Below, one piece after another: positions 44,504 through 58,255 of a DNA stretch of 64,000 nt. Source of the DNA: Corallochytrium limacisporum Hawaii (lineage: Eukaryota > Protista > Pluriformea); contig PDIP01000034.1 in assembly GCA_002811645.1 (NCBI GenBank), positions 117,216-181,215 of the forward strand, read 5' to 3'. Numbering within the stretch: the first letter of the stretch is position 1; the number at the start of each line of letters is the position of its first letter. The notes beneath the pieces are model-generated. The model did no database searches. It had not been told where the DNA came from and saw only the letters and a program-made list of their open reading frames with translations. A program made the position numbers and the translations under genes.

Positions 44504-47500
44504 AATTGCCAGTTATCGGTCTTGTGGCCCTATGAGAAATGTGTCCTGTGTTACCATTGTGACCATGATCTCCTTCAAAAATACCTGCGTGACAATAGCA
44601 ATTATCATTCGAGAACAAGCGAAGAGGAAGCGTATTCCGCAAATGCTGGTCATCTGACTTTAGCGATCATTGGCCAAAGGATGGAACCTTGTACACCGTT
44701 GTTCTAGACTCTTTCCATGGATGTCATGAACATTTACTTGGGCCCATTGTACGCCACCAACGACGCACTAACCCGATCGGCCACCGCAGAACAAAGCGCC
44801 CCAAAGGGTGCCTACCTCGGTACATTTAACAGGCACCAAACACAATCGTTAACCGAATTGACCACCCCCAAGGGGGGGGGCCTTCTTCCCCTCTCAACTG
44901 CAATTTTGGGAAGCCCTTCGGCGGCCAAATTGCCAAGACTGGTCCTGGCTCTTTGTGTCCTTCTGTACTCAAGGTCGGTACTGAGGAGACCCGTGGAAAA
45001 ACGCCTGCCCCTTCACCCCTCCCGGACGGTCGGAGGGGAGGAGGGGAGCGGGGAGACCCTCCTTCTCTCTGTGTGGGTAACCGGCTGCAAATGGATGAAG
45101 TATACCCCCATCGAGAGCTTTTGTTTCAACCCTCACCGTGGCTCTCATCACTGAGGACATCATAATCAAAACAGCTACGCCTTTGCATTGATCCATCGCT
45201 ACGTACCCAAATGATGATTACTATCGGAATGACCATGGCCATACATTTCGCCTAGATATGACTTGAAAAAGACTAGTAGGATGGTCTGGTGAGAGGCAGG
45301 TGAAACCCTTTGATCCGGAAGTTGGCTAACGGCCTTGGCCTTGTTCAGCAAGTGTTAGGACGCCAGCAATTTGGCGCTGGGCTGATGTGATTACACCCGT
45401 GGATATTGGTGAATTCGCTCCTATGCGAAGTAAGACGAACTCACTGAGTCTGGGGCATACAGATACATCCTGCCGTGGGTGCTTTCCATAAATCCATTAT
45501 CTTGTTGGATGAAGGTGAATTCAAGAGTAACGAGTGCCCCTTATTCTTCCCGACAAGCAGATTTCTAGATGATGTGGCAGTATCCTCTCCTCCGTATTCG
45601 GGGCCTAATAAATATATGAAGGTGCAGCTAAGCCCCAAGGGCACCGGGAGCGTATCATAAGGCTGCAGTGGGCAACCACACGTCCTATAAGAGGAAAGTA
45701 ATCAAATAAATCAAATATTGAATTTATATATGATTTATTGATTCTGTAATTGAATATGTTGTCGGCAAGATGGGAGGAGGGGGTTCGCTTTTATCTTTTC
45801 CCATGGTTGGGTGTCTCTGGAAGCTGTGTACGAAACCCGGCCTCGAAAGAACATGGTTGCTGCTACGGGTAAGATTCCGTTAGTTTACTTGGCTGGAGGC
45901 CAGTGCGAAAACTTTTCTAAGTGGTCCACGTTACGAAAACGTGGTAGAAGTGTCAGAAACCCACACAGGCACAGCGGGTCCCTCGGGTCTCCACTTCTAT
46001 GTGGTGACCCTGTTTGACTGCACAACACAAACCAAACCAGAAACACGCAAAGAGAAAACCCACCACCACCTACCACAACCATACGAGATCTTCACAAGAG
46101 AAGGTATCTCTTCCCGCCTCGACAAGTCTGCGCTGTACTGTGCGAAGGGGAAGCCATGGTCGCGAGATGGCAGCCGGGCATGCGTGAGTAATCGCCTACT
46201 CTATCTATTTGGGCTTGCTGAATGAAGAACGAACCCAGGACCAGGAGAGGGCTGTTGAAATTCTCCCCACTGGACATAGTGGGCGGAAATTCATTTGAAA
46301 AAGAATTGCAAATTTTTCTGATGGAAAATGAACCATTTGCAATTTTCGCGCCAAACACGAGGGTGAGGAAGGGCCCTGCCTCCAGGAGCTAGAAGAAGGT
46401 GCCCCGGTGGTGGATGGGGTGGACCCGCTTCTTAGCGTGTTATACCCGTTCATTTTGGCTTTTCTGTCTGGGGGTCGAAGGTGGGTTCGCTTCGCGCTGC
46501 TGTGCATACACACCTATAGTATGCAAGTGTGTAATTGCAATTGCATGGATGTGTTGTGGTCATGAGAAAGAGAGGAGAGTTAAAGTGTCAGGTATCACAC
46601 AACAAACTTTGTTGAGCACGTCTTTTGGCCTTATTACGCTGTTCAGCTGTCACTGTGCTTGCATGTGTCACTCATGCTGTGTAGTATGACTTTGGATTGT
46701 GCACATATAGGCATCAACACGGTTTGGCTCGTTTCTTTTGTATGTTTGCCTCGGATATGTGTGAAGGGGGCCTATAGGAGGGTCGACTTCAAAGCAACCG
46801 CTAGAGAAATTCCCGGACATCATCTGGCCATGCTAAGCCACCGCTGTCAACTGTACTGTGCCATTCTCTGTACTTGGATCGATGGAACAGCTCCAACTTA
46901 CGATGGTATCTCAGTTATCAAGTAATTCAAGCAGTGGGGAAGAATCGAAACTATCAAACTTGTACTCATATAGAAAAAGCAGTGGGAGTCGAAACAATGC
47001 GTCTCATCCCCCCCACCCCTCCCCCATTCCCCTTGTCTCCTCCCACACACGCGCACACTCCCCTTGCCTCGCACACTCACTCACACACGCAGGGAGTGGA
47101 CATCCATCATATCATATCACATCACATCGCGCTGCCGCAGCAGCTCATTTACCGTTTGAACCTACTAACCTCCATCGCATAGCACGTTTCTGTTTGCCAG
47201 CATGAGTTGCTCCGGATGCGACCCGACATTCCTTCTTGGAATAGAATTGCAGGCTTACTCGCTGCATTCGTGCATATCACGAAGTAGTCGCAAAGGCTTA
47301 TCGCTACACCAGACTCATTCATGTATACGGCTTCCTTTGTAGCGATGAAACTTTCACACAAAGAAATACCGAGATGATTTAAAAACAGTGGAAACCAGGG
47401 GGGGGGGAATAGGGACAAGAAGAAAGATGCCAAGATCGTCAGCAGTGAGAAATATCCGTCGCATCGCCGATTCCGGATAATACAAACAGTGCGGTGACCC

Positions 47501-50500
47501 CTGTTTCTGAGCCAAATGCCGCACCATACAATCCACCCCATTCCCAGTCGTCTCCGCTTTCATATCTTCGCCATTCCTTCCGTGTGTTTGAAACTCTGCA
47601 GTTCCTCTTCCCCTCTTTTTTTTTTCTTTTTTACTCCTCGTTCTCCCTTCTCCCTCTCTGTGTCACCCCCCCGTCAAAATCACATGTTTTAAGTGTGCCG
47701 CAACGGCAAGAGACATGCCCTACAATGACCATTTAGGTCATGAATAGGTAGTGTCTCGGTCACTTTCCCCCTCTCACAACATCGGTAATCTCACACTATT
47801 GCCTGGCCTGTTTATACATTCTCTTGAGAAAACTGTGGCTTTATCTACATCATACTGAACAATGAGTCACTCCGTTTCATAGCGCTCCGAAACCTGTTCT
47901 CTAAGTCTATTCCGGAAGAAAGACTGAAACTTGTTGCTGAACAGCCCTCCCCCTTTTCTTTCCCTTTCTTTTTCGTCATCAATCGCCCTACACGCTTCCC
48001 GCTATGCCAGATGCGGGTCAATTTGGTTCCCACATTCTAAATGAGTAAGGTTCTGCACCATATTGCTTCTTCACACATACACAATCTGCTGTTGCCTAGC
48101 CTCTATGTGTCAGAGACAAGCATTCCTTCCCTCCTTCTCCATGGGGGAACCATTGTCGAATCAAGCAGCATTGAAACCAAAAGGAGTTTAACCAGACAAC
48201 GTCCGGCAATCGCTGTTGGTTGTTGTTGCATTTGGTGATGGGTGATGCCCAACCCTTCCCCACACCGGACGGGCGGGCCCCCCTCCTCGTCTCCCTGGGG
48301 TGGCAGCGGGATCCTAGCCCGTGCTCTTTGGCCTGGATGTGCCCTCACTAGTTGCTTTGATGATGGAGCCCCGGCCACACACACCCGCGCACAACTGGCT
48401 TCTATGCACTCTTCGGGGTATGTATCGAGGATGAAAAAGCCCACGTAACGCTGGATGCTTGCTCATAACCCGGAGTGACACACAGCCCGACTACATTTGG
48501 AATGCTGGGGTGTGTCTCCTTTTCCTCCCCTCGAGGAGAGAACATACAGCGACCACACAGAGCACGTACGGAACAATGTGAGCTTTTCCCCGTTCCGTGG
48601 TTCAATGTGAAACTATGTTTGTAGCAGGAGGGGGAAACTTGAGAGACTGATGGTCGACTGGGAGAATTCCTATGCGAACTATATGCAGAACGACGTAGAG
48701 TGCAACGCTGGGCATAGGAGTTGTGAGTTCCCAGTTATAGAAACGCTACGGTGGTCATACTTTTCCACTTGTGCAACTTGGAGCCAGGGTTTCTACTTCC
48801 AGAGTTGTCAGGTATTGGCTAGCCTACAAGAGAACCCGTGCGGGTCAGGTGAGCAATGAAACTAGCTCGCCTACAGGTGGTTGCGTCTTCAGCTTCTGTG
48901 TTCGAGATTGAAAATTGTGTGTCTCTTGTCTTCGTACAAACATTCAAGAGTGTGCATCCTCCTGTGTTAACGATTGCGTTTGGTATCATTGGATCCCCAA
49001 CGTCGTCAGACGGGACACATTCTTCCCCGTTCGGGATCCCCCACTATCCTCCATCTTTAGAGACGAGCGAAACTTGAAAGTAGAAAGCAGGCAAACAGAG
49101 TACTTGTGTGTTCAGTATGGTATTGCCGACAAAACCTTTTTTGGACACGTGGTGGAGGCAGCACATAAGGAGGGACCACCTTCAAGAAGCATTCAAAGGT
49201 TCGAGATTTTGCCATGACAATACTAGCAAGGTAACATAGTAATACATGGATCATCCCCCGCAAACTCACACTGGTCTTCATTTACATGCGCAGCCGTTTG
49301 AGACGGGGGCTTCCCCTATCAAGATCACCAACTATTTTGAAAAAAAAAAGGAGGAAGGGTCCCCAACCGTTCCTCTTTCGGAAATCCCGTTGTGAGCACA
49401 TATAGAAAGCATGCGGTGGACAGTTGTGAAGCAGAGGGGTGGCGAAGCAGTTCAAGTGTTGTCTGTGAATTTGCGAGTGTGTCCCTAGTGTCGCGAAAGC
49501 TATAGCGTCGGAATGCAAGTTATCGCGAAGGGACGAGTGCTAGGAACAGAAGGGAAGTTTGTGAGCGAACTGCTAGGGACCATACATCAAAGGAAGCGCG
49601 AGTCTTGCATAGTAGTTGGTGCGGAGCCAACGGGAAATATTGGCAACCCCAACACCCAAGACCAAATCGCGAGTGTTACCGGATGGGAGCCCTACAGTGT
49701 TAGATGTCGCTGTTTTGGTGATCATGCCGAAACCATGTCTGCGTCCACATCATTCCCAGTATAGTGTCCGAGGTGAGTAGTCGGGATGCTTCCGTCAATG
49801 TCTACCTCTCGAAGCATCCATGCCCTTCACACAGGTAGGGGATGGGTATGCGGACGTTTCCAACGCGAAGAGATTAATTCTGAATGGGGCCCTGAGGCTC
49901 ATGTAAACACTGAGAAGTGCATCTACATGTAGCCCCATCCCCTCCAAGACCCTGCAACCCTTCAACACCAGTCTCTTTCTCCTGTGTTGTGGCTTTGTCC
50001 TGGCCAGACTTCATTCGGTATCTCAGTATCGTGTCAGCAATATATGCTGGGTTGGCAACATCAGGCACATATACCAAACAAACCCCATCCATCGCGGTTG
50101 GTGCTCTGCGCAACTGAGCGGATGGCCCGTACCGCCTTCTGGATGTTAGAGGTGAGCGGCGTGGAATCGTACACATATACAAAGGTAGAATAGTTGCAAT
50201 ACATCCGTCAGGGTTAGTAGCAATTCAGGAACCAATAGCTTTAAGCGACTCTACGACGGCAAAAACCCTAATGCTCCGCGAAAAGCCAGTTTGAAGCGAC
50301 CCTACACCATCCATCATTTTCTCAACTCTTTGCAAGGAACAACTAAGACATTGCCCTCTCCGCATCGGCCCTCTAATTTCATATACTCGGTTCCCGTGCC
50401 CTTGTGTTGAGCCATCAACTCTTCCGATGGACCGTGCCACACGCAACGGACCAATCCGGATCCACTGGTGCCAAAACGGCGTCATTTGATGCCAGGAATG

Positions 50501-52932
50501 GGAATCGCGCCACGTTCTTTATCGTCTACTTCAGTCTTATTGCTGCTTGTCTTGAATAGTATGTTCTGGCTGGTGTCTGAAAATTTTGCGTTTGCCTGTG
50601 TCATTGCCAGTGCTGTAGGCAGACACAAATGAACGCGATATCATGCCTCCCTTAGCATCCGATTTCGAACTAAGCGGACAGACATCCGCTATCTCGGTTT
50701 GATTGCTTTCGGTCAAACAAGGTGCAATTCAGGACAGCAAAGAAAGGGGGTGCTCAGATCACGCCCAATCACAAGGACGCGTCACAATGGCATTCGTTAG
50801 GAATGCAGGCTTAGTCGCAATCCTGGTTGATGGGTCAGCCTTACCTTTCTCACCACCCGTATCACACAGCGATCTTGCAATGCACTGAAATACTGTACAC
50901 GTAGTATGTGTGGGATTTTGTTCTGCGGCATGCCCCTCTATTCCCGACACTACACGGGAGACCCCGAAGCGACAACCAAAAGAAGGCACATCCGTGTTGC
51001 CTTCTCGTATCTCTATCTGTCTAATATGGAGAAAAGCCTGTCTATGTATGAAGACTCACTGGGAAAATCGTTGTCGGTTGCACGCGATTACAAGGAAATA
51101 CATCGACCAAGAGAATGGGAACCTTTTTTCGGCCACAACTGAAAATGGTTCTAGCCCTGTCATCCGCACTTACACACGATACACACGAGTCTCTTCATTC
51201 GCAGCCGTTTGATCAACCTTACAGTGGAATGTTTCAAGTGCTCTTCCTTCGGGTGCGGTCCGATCCGTTCGATGATGCAACGTGCACTACTGGTCCTTGG
51301 TCTTTCTATGATAGGATGGTCGCAGACATCAGAACTGCTGCTAAATACAGCGCTGATCACAATGTGATTTGATGTGTGTTAAAGATGCTGCATGCGTCGC
51401 GTGTGTCCGCGGGTGGTGGGCAATTCTATCAAAGACAAGGAGCACATGATTTCTCGGCATCTTTGATGCTGATGGATACTTCTGAGCCAGCAATGAACTT
51501 TTTTCAATTCACTGGCACCACCTAAATCTGCCCTTCTTTCTTTGTTAGTCAAGCAGCCAACCAGGTACACACTCTAAATGACGCGATATCGCTCGCGCTT
51601 ATATTCATCTCATCTGCGTGCTGCTATAGACATGTCGCCCGTTACACTTTGTCTCGAGGTAGATGGATATCGACTGTGATGATGATCAACACAGCGTGCA
51701 CTAGCTGTCAATCAGACCAAAATGGATCCGCGGGACAAGATGTTTGCGTAATAATGTATGTGGTCATTAAGAGAGGTAAAACCGGTATAGTAGGGATATG
51801 CAGAGCCGTAGAACGGCTTCATGGTATCAATGATTTAACGTTCCTATTCCTCCCCACAAATCCACAGTCGGCCTAGTTTTTCTTCCTCTTCCCCATGCTC
51901 CGTCCTCGCCTACCATAAACTGAGGTAGTCCAGAGTACGAAACAGGAGGAAGAACGGCTAAGGCAAAAATGAAAGACCTGAACGATAATAGGGCGCGAGT
52001 TGGCACCAAGCACACCAGCCACATTCAGATAACACTCAAAAACGTGATATAAGTCATCTCTTTTCCCTCTGCGTATGAAACGAGAGCCGCAGGAGAACGA
52101 CTTCAGCGAGACACTAGAACGTGAACAACCCAGCACCAGGTTAACATGGGATTACCCTTCGCCGGGGATCATCACGATTTAGCGCCTGCTTGCACCTGCG
52201 ACGTAAACAGAAATACTCCACTCATGACCACCCATCAAGAGGCCACCTGGCAACAATAACGAATATCATATGTTTCGACAACAAAGAGAATTCCTTGCAA
52301 CAATTACAGGAAGGAATAAAAAAGTGAAAATGAAAAATAAAATTCTTAGTAGTTTCACTCTTTCTTGAATGTTGTCCATGGTTTGCCGTTCCGTGTGTAA
52401 TGGAGCGGATTTATCAATGTGCTACCGGTCCCGCAACGAACGCGCACGTCAGCAATGCTTTTCGATTTGTCACTAGATTCTCCGCACGAACATTAATTTT
52501 TGCGTAGAAGGGATACTGGGAGTGATATGGATGTTTGCCACATTCCTCTGTTGGACCAGTCGGGAAGGGAATCTACCAAGGTGTAAACAGGGAAAAAGAT
52601 TCCGGAACAGTTCAAGAAAACAGACTCCCCATTTCTTAACAAGAACGTCTGTTTCGCAATTGTCAACCACAAAATTCCATAGTTACTATGGGACCAAATT
52701 GTGAGTGGGGATCCGTCCGTGCTTAGTCGTCCATATTCCCCTGCCCTGAATGTCTAATGTCCACTTAGTTCTTTCTAGATGAGCGCCCCTTAATCTTTAC
52801 AGCACTCGTGCAGTATGTGGTCTCCTCGTTTCCACAACACTCCTTCGTAGGGGAGCATTGTATCGCAGGTTCCGCCCCGCGAGCTCCGCTCCCACAATTT
52901 CCCCTTTACTTCTTTTCTTCCTCAATTCCCCC

Positions 52933-53176
52933 NNNNNNNNNNNNNNNNNNNNNNNNNNNNNNNNNNNNNNNNNNNNNNNNNNNNNNNNNNNNNNNNNNNN
53001 NNNNNNNNNNNNNNNNNNNNNNNNNNNNNNNNNNNNNNNNNNNNNNNNNNNNNNNNNNNNNNNNNNNNNNNNNNNNNNNNNNNNNNNNNNNNNNNNNNNN
53101 NNNNNNNNNNNNNNNNNNNNNNNNNNNNNNNNNNNNNNNNNNNNNNNNNNNNNNNNNNNNNNNNNNNNNNNNNNNN
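52933..53176. other. Assembly gap
   Basis: Run of N. Confidence 1.
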
Positions 53177-55548
53177 CTCTCCCCTCTCCCCCTTTTCTCC
53201 CTTCCCCTCCCCCCACCAAAGTTTCATGTGATTTCCTGACGCGCTTGCCAGAGAGGGTGGGGAGATGCTAGTTGAAAGGAACGGTGGTAGCAGGTTCTTC
53301 CTTTTCCTGTCCATTTCCCTCTCGCACGGATTCACACTCAAGAGCGGTGTCCTCTTCCAGGACACAGTACCGCAGAAAATATTCTGGGGACCATGCCGTA
53401 GAGCGATCCCTACAACAACACCTCAGGAACGCTGCACCGTAAGTTTTAATGGAAAAACACCGACTCAGGTGAGGAAATTGATAGAAGAGTGAAAAAACCG
53501 TATCATTATCATTTCCCAGACTTAAAGAAAAATTAAGAGCCTTTAGGAGTTTCCATTGGTAGTGGTGAAAATGCTACTGGGTTTTCCCAACACACACCAC
53601 CACTACTACAACTATCTGTACCACTCTGCTGATGTGCTCTGTGTTCCAGTCCAATCGTGCACACAGCGAGTTCATTGGACGAAGAAGGGCGAGGCCCCCT
53701 GATTCTATCGCAACGAAGAGTTTTTCTCCACTCTCAGACAAAAGCCTTTATGCCATTCTCCTCCCTCCCGTCCGCTATCTTCGCTCCCCGTTCTCATTGA
53801 TCTCCGCTACCAAAGCGAGTTAGTGAGTGCCAATGAAAGAGGAAGCCTTTTGCCGTATCCGTACGTGTTTGGGACACGATGTGGGAGAGAGGGCGGGATT
53901 TCACCGTCTGCCATCTCGCAGACTGAGAGAACGTCTTAGGTTAAGGAAATTTCAATTCATTTCAATGGGTTATGTTTGTATGCCCTCGTTTCCCTGCTCG
54001 CGGTCAACCTGTGAATTTCTAAGCCTGCCACTGTGGTGAAGGTTTAGGTTTTAGAACAGCCGATCGCTTTTTATTCGTGTTCACGCGCCCTTTGACGAAG
54101 CCCCATTGCGGTTCCCGAACCCAGATACCTGACTTCGGTTTCAGTAGAAGAGTCTGCAGTGGCAAAAAATGACAGTGGGCACGCCGGCTGTAGTACCAAC
54201 GAAAAGTTCAAGAAAAACATGAGGGGAAAGGGAAAGATATGTTTTATCAGCCAATTAGCTCTTGTCGAGTAACTCACGTTAAAGCGTTTCCTATGTAAGT
54301 GAGTGTGTGAAGATTTATTTATTGGTTTTCGTGCGTTTGCACTGCTGCCTCAGCGAGTGGTGAGAAATGATGTTGCGCCAATTGGCGAGCATATCTGTGG
54401 ATTTGCTTGGGGTCTCTTGTGTGTCTGCGGCATCTCCATATGCTAATCTCGCCTTTTCGCGAAACCATTAGCCGCATGGCATCGTCCACCGCACCCGCAC
54501 ATCAAGCCAGCATCAGTTGGCCAACGACACTATTCTCTAGCTTACAAGTACGTGTCACTTGATCTCTTTGCCCTGAGTTCACAGAACCCCAGGAGATCTT
54601 GTCCGTTTTACCTAGTCAGCTGCGAAAGAGTTCTTTCATATTCATCCAGTTATGTCTAAATTTTCTGGTACCGGGCGCCGCGCCTTGGAGGAGTAAGCCG
54701 ATCCCACCACACGTTTACTTGGGAACTAGTAGAAAAAATGCCAGAGGAGCCTTTCCGTCGGATACAATCAGAGGCAGGGAAGGGAATGCGAGTTTGAGTT
54801 GGACACTGACCCGCAAAACCAAAGAGTGGGTGGAAGCGGCAGCCACAGAGAATATCTTTTTTTTCTCTTTTTTTTTTCAAAGTTCAATAGTATGGATGAC
54901 ACAGGCTTACCCCTCACGAGCAATCACGACATCTCACATTATTTCTCTTTTTTTTTTTTTTCTTTGGCTCTCACACAGACCAATAGAGTGGAAGGAGAGT
55001 TCAGATTCTGCCATAAAGAGTCATTTGCCTTGCGCCTACATCCTCTCTATCTCTCAAAACCGTGTCTGTTTCAGATGTCCCTGCTGCTGATTGATTGGGT
55101 TTCACTGCCGCTCCCAGAAAAACCTAGATTAGCTGTGAAAATGTGATCCTTGTCAGACGGAAACGAACGCCGGAGACGGAGAGGAGGGCGGAATGCTGGA
55201 CTGACCAGGGCACCTAAAACGAAACCCGGTGCAATGGCAAAAAAACGGTGAATCCTCTAATATGTCCACTCTATCCCAAACTCAGTCGCAAGCGCGGTTG
55301 CTGGCGTTTGCTTGAAGCACATTCCGAGGATTTTGAGACTGCCGCGCCACAATTGTACCTTACTAAATAAAACCTTGTTCACCGTCACATGAGAAATTTG
55401 TCACAGATTCAGCAACGCGACAAAAACTCTCAAAAAATACAAACCAACGCTGCTGAAGAAAACCCAATGCAAGAACCGAGACTGTCTGTAGGATTGTAAA
55501 AAGTTTTTTCTTGGTCAGCGTGGTTGTTCATTGTATTCTTCACTATGG

Positions 55549-56106
55549 NNNNNNNNNNNNNNNNNNNNNNNNNNNNNNNNNNNNNNNNNNNNNNNNNNNN
55601 NNNNNNNNNNNNNNNNNNNNNNNNNNNNNNNNNNNNNNNNNNNNNNNNNNNNNNNNNNNNNNNNNNNNNNNNNNNNNNNNNNNNNNNNNNNNNNNNNNNN
55701 NNNNNNNNNNNNNNNNNNNNNNNNNNNNNNNNNNNNNNNNNNNNNNNNNNNNNNNNNNNNNNNNNNNNNNNNNNNNNNNNNNNNNNNNNNNNNNNNNNNN
55801 NNNNNNNNNNNNNNNNNNNNNNNNNNNNNNNNNNNNNNNNNNNNNNNNNNNNNNNNNNNNNNNNNNNNNNNNNNNNNNNNNNNNNNNNNNNNNNNNNNNN
55901 NNNNNNNNNNNNNNNNNNNNNNNNNNNNNNNNNNNNNNNNNNNNNNNNNNNNNNNNNNNNNNNNNNNNNNNNNNNNNNNNNNNNNNNNNNNNNNNNNNNN
56001 NNNNNNNNNNNNNNNNNNNNNNNNNNNNNNNNNNNNNNNNNNNNNNNNNNNNNNNNNNNNNNNNNNNNNNNNNNNNNNNNNNNNNNNNNNNNNNNNNNNN
56101 NNNNNN
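55549..56106. other. Assembly gap
   Basis: Run of N. Confidence 1.
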
Positions 56107-56633
56107 TACTTGCCTCCTGCTCTTTTTGACCAGGGGAGAGAACGTATGGAGAGGGAGAGAGAAAAAAGTTGCTAAAGACGAGATGGCCGTGCGAGATTTG
56201 GAAGGTGCGATAGAAGGTAGGTCCAAGTGGGCAAGGGAAAGGGACCAGGACCATAGAACACAGTAGAGGAGACAATTATAGATTTACGTTTGAATTCCGG
56301 GGTAGATGGCCACAACAACGCTACATATCACATATCAAAAGATTGATGATTGTTCGTCAGCAATCCTTTGTAAGATCTGCAGTACATGGAGATCGTCCGC
56401 GCAACAGACATCTAAAGATAACTGTAGCTATTTCAGGATCGCTATAGCCAAGACCAGACCAGGAAAATTTCTCCTTATACATCAGAACATTGAGGATAAG
56501 GAAGAGTCCTTATCAATGGTTACGTTTACACATCAGAGTCAAGATCCGCCCTTTAAAGCAAGTGGGGTGGCGCAGACTCGATAGCCACACAAAGATTACA
56601 GTGAATCCAGAAACAGCAAACATTTTGAGAGGT

Positions 56634-57479
56634 ATGGTGCCTGGTGAGGGTGCACCTGCACACACGGGTGTCCTCAAGTTCGAGAAGATGGTTTCTGTAC
56701 CGACGTGGAACCCCCAGGAAAGACACGAGTGTCTCTGGCAAATGGATGATGGTGCAGTGTGCGGCGAACGTTTTCCTGAAGCACGGACTCTCCAAGAGCA
56801 TTTGATGACACACGTTCCTGGATCGGGTTCATTTCAGTGCAGGTGGCAGGGGTGCGACACTACCTGTGCTAAAGGATCCAAGGGATGGCGTCATTTGTTG
56901 GTACACTCCCGGCACTTGCCCTACGAATGCAAGCGGTGTCACAAATTTCACAACCGTCCCGAGCGGGCTATGCACTGCTGTGCCCAGCCTGTCTCCTGCG
57001 ACCAATGTGGTCGTGTATACAAACAGGCCGAGTCTCTCCGAAAGCACTACAAGCGCAAGCACCAAAAAGGTGCCGATGTCCCTGGCTACCAGAGCGCCAA
57101 GGCACACGCAAAGAAGGCAGCAGTGAGCCATGCCGCTGCCCTGCCCGAGGGCGATCCAGTTGACCACCGCGAATGGATGACCGGAGTAGGCGGTTTCGGA
57201 GGCGAATATGCAGGCTATGATGTTGGGGCAAGCAGCAGAGGACGACCGTACCCTCCTTTCCCCGGTGCTCAGGGTGAGTTTTCGGGACCCATGTTTGACA
57301 TGTATGGTAACCAACAACTGCCTCACCCTCCTGCGGGCGGAAACCCATACCTAGGTAACCCGTACTACTACAACTACATGCCTCCGTACGGTTTCCCTGC
57401 AGACCCTGCAGCACCCGGCCTGATCAACGACGAACACAGTCAGAACACAACCGAAGGACCCAAGGGACCAGAGGCTTGA
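56634..57479 (+). CDS. C2H2 zinc-finger transcription factor with tandem CWCH2-type fingers
   Basis: CLW......CGERF...LQEHLMTH, CRWQGC...RHLLVH, PYECKRC, CDQCGRVYKQAESLRKHYKRKH; Pro/Tyr-rich C-terminus. First ATG at 56634, but the true start is uncertain because of a gap upstream. Confidence 0.85.
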   Translation: MVPGEGAPAHTGVLKFEKMVSVPTWNPQERHECLWQMDDGAVCGERFPEARTLQEHLMTHVPGSGSFQCRWQGCDTTCAKGSKGWRHLLVHSRHLPYECKRCHKFHNRPERAMHCCAQPVSCDQCGRVYKQAESLRKHYKRKHQKGADVPGYQSAKAHAKKAAVSHAAALPEGDPVDHREWMTGVGGFGGEYAGYDVGASSRGRPYPPFPGAQGEFSGPMFDMYGNQQLPHPPAGGNPYLGNPYYYNYMPPYGFPADPAAPGLINDEHSQNTTEGPKGPEA

Positions 57480-58255
57480 AATTGTGTCTGTATTCTTAAG
57501 AAATGTGTTCCAGTTCCCCAGAAGAAATGATCGTTGTATCCTCAGACTTCATCATTTCGCCCTTAAAGAATAGTCTTGGTCTGACCGGGTACGAAGTGCA
57601 GTATTCAAACGGAAGGGGCCAACGCTATTCATGTTCCCCCTTTTGGTGAGAAACTGATTTGCCCGTCGCGAATGCCAAGACTAGATTTGTGATTTAGAAA
57701 GGACAGTAAATGTCTCGAACCTGCTTGGTTCATTTTTCACCATTCATCCCGTTTGAACACTGCATAATTCCTTTCGAGCTCAGTACTCAGAATCGGTTCG
57801 ACTTTTGTCTACCAACACGCAAACTTTAAAGAATTGTTAGTCTTCTCTTTTTGTTTTGATATACCATTAAAGCATTGAAATAAATGTAAAAATGCATGAC
57901 ATTATAAAACATCGCAGTTCCAAGTCACATCCATCTGATATCACTATGATGCTCTTTAATACTATTGTACAAGGATGTGGACCTTATGGATAATATACAA
58001 CTTCATGTTTTCTTGAATTACTTAGATGTTTCAGATATACCATTCCCTTCCGACGGCGCCTCGTCGTCATCAGATCCTCCCATTCTCCGGGACATGGCCG
58101 GCCGTTGACTATATGTTGACTGACTACGCATGCTCTCGTGGTAGAAAGCAATTACTCCACAGAAAACCATTATCAAGAGACTGGTAGATAAAAACGAAAG
58201 ATCAAAATACTGAGCCTGTTAGTTGTCCAAATCCACTTCTGCAGGGATCCCGTTT

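Noticed and set aside
48600-52300. Possible transposon or gene remnants in the desert
   Set aside because: No RT, integrase or transposase motifs, TIRs or LTRs recognised.
52797-56275. Long ORFs in the supplied track
   Set aside because: Artefacts of N gaps.
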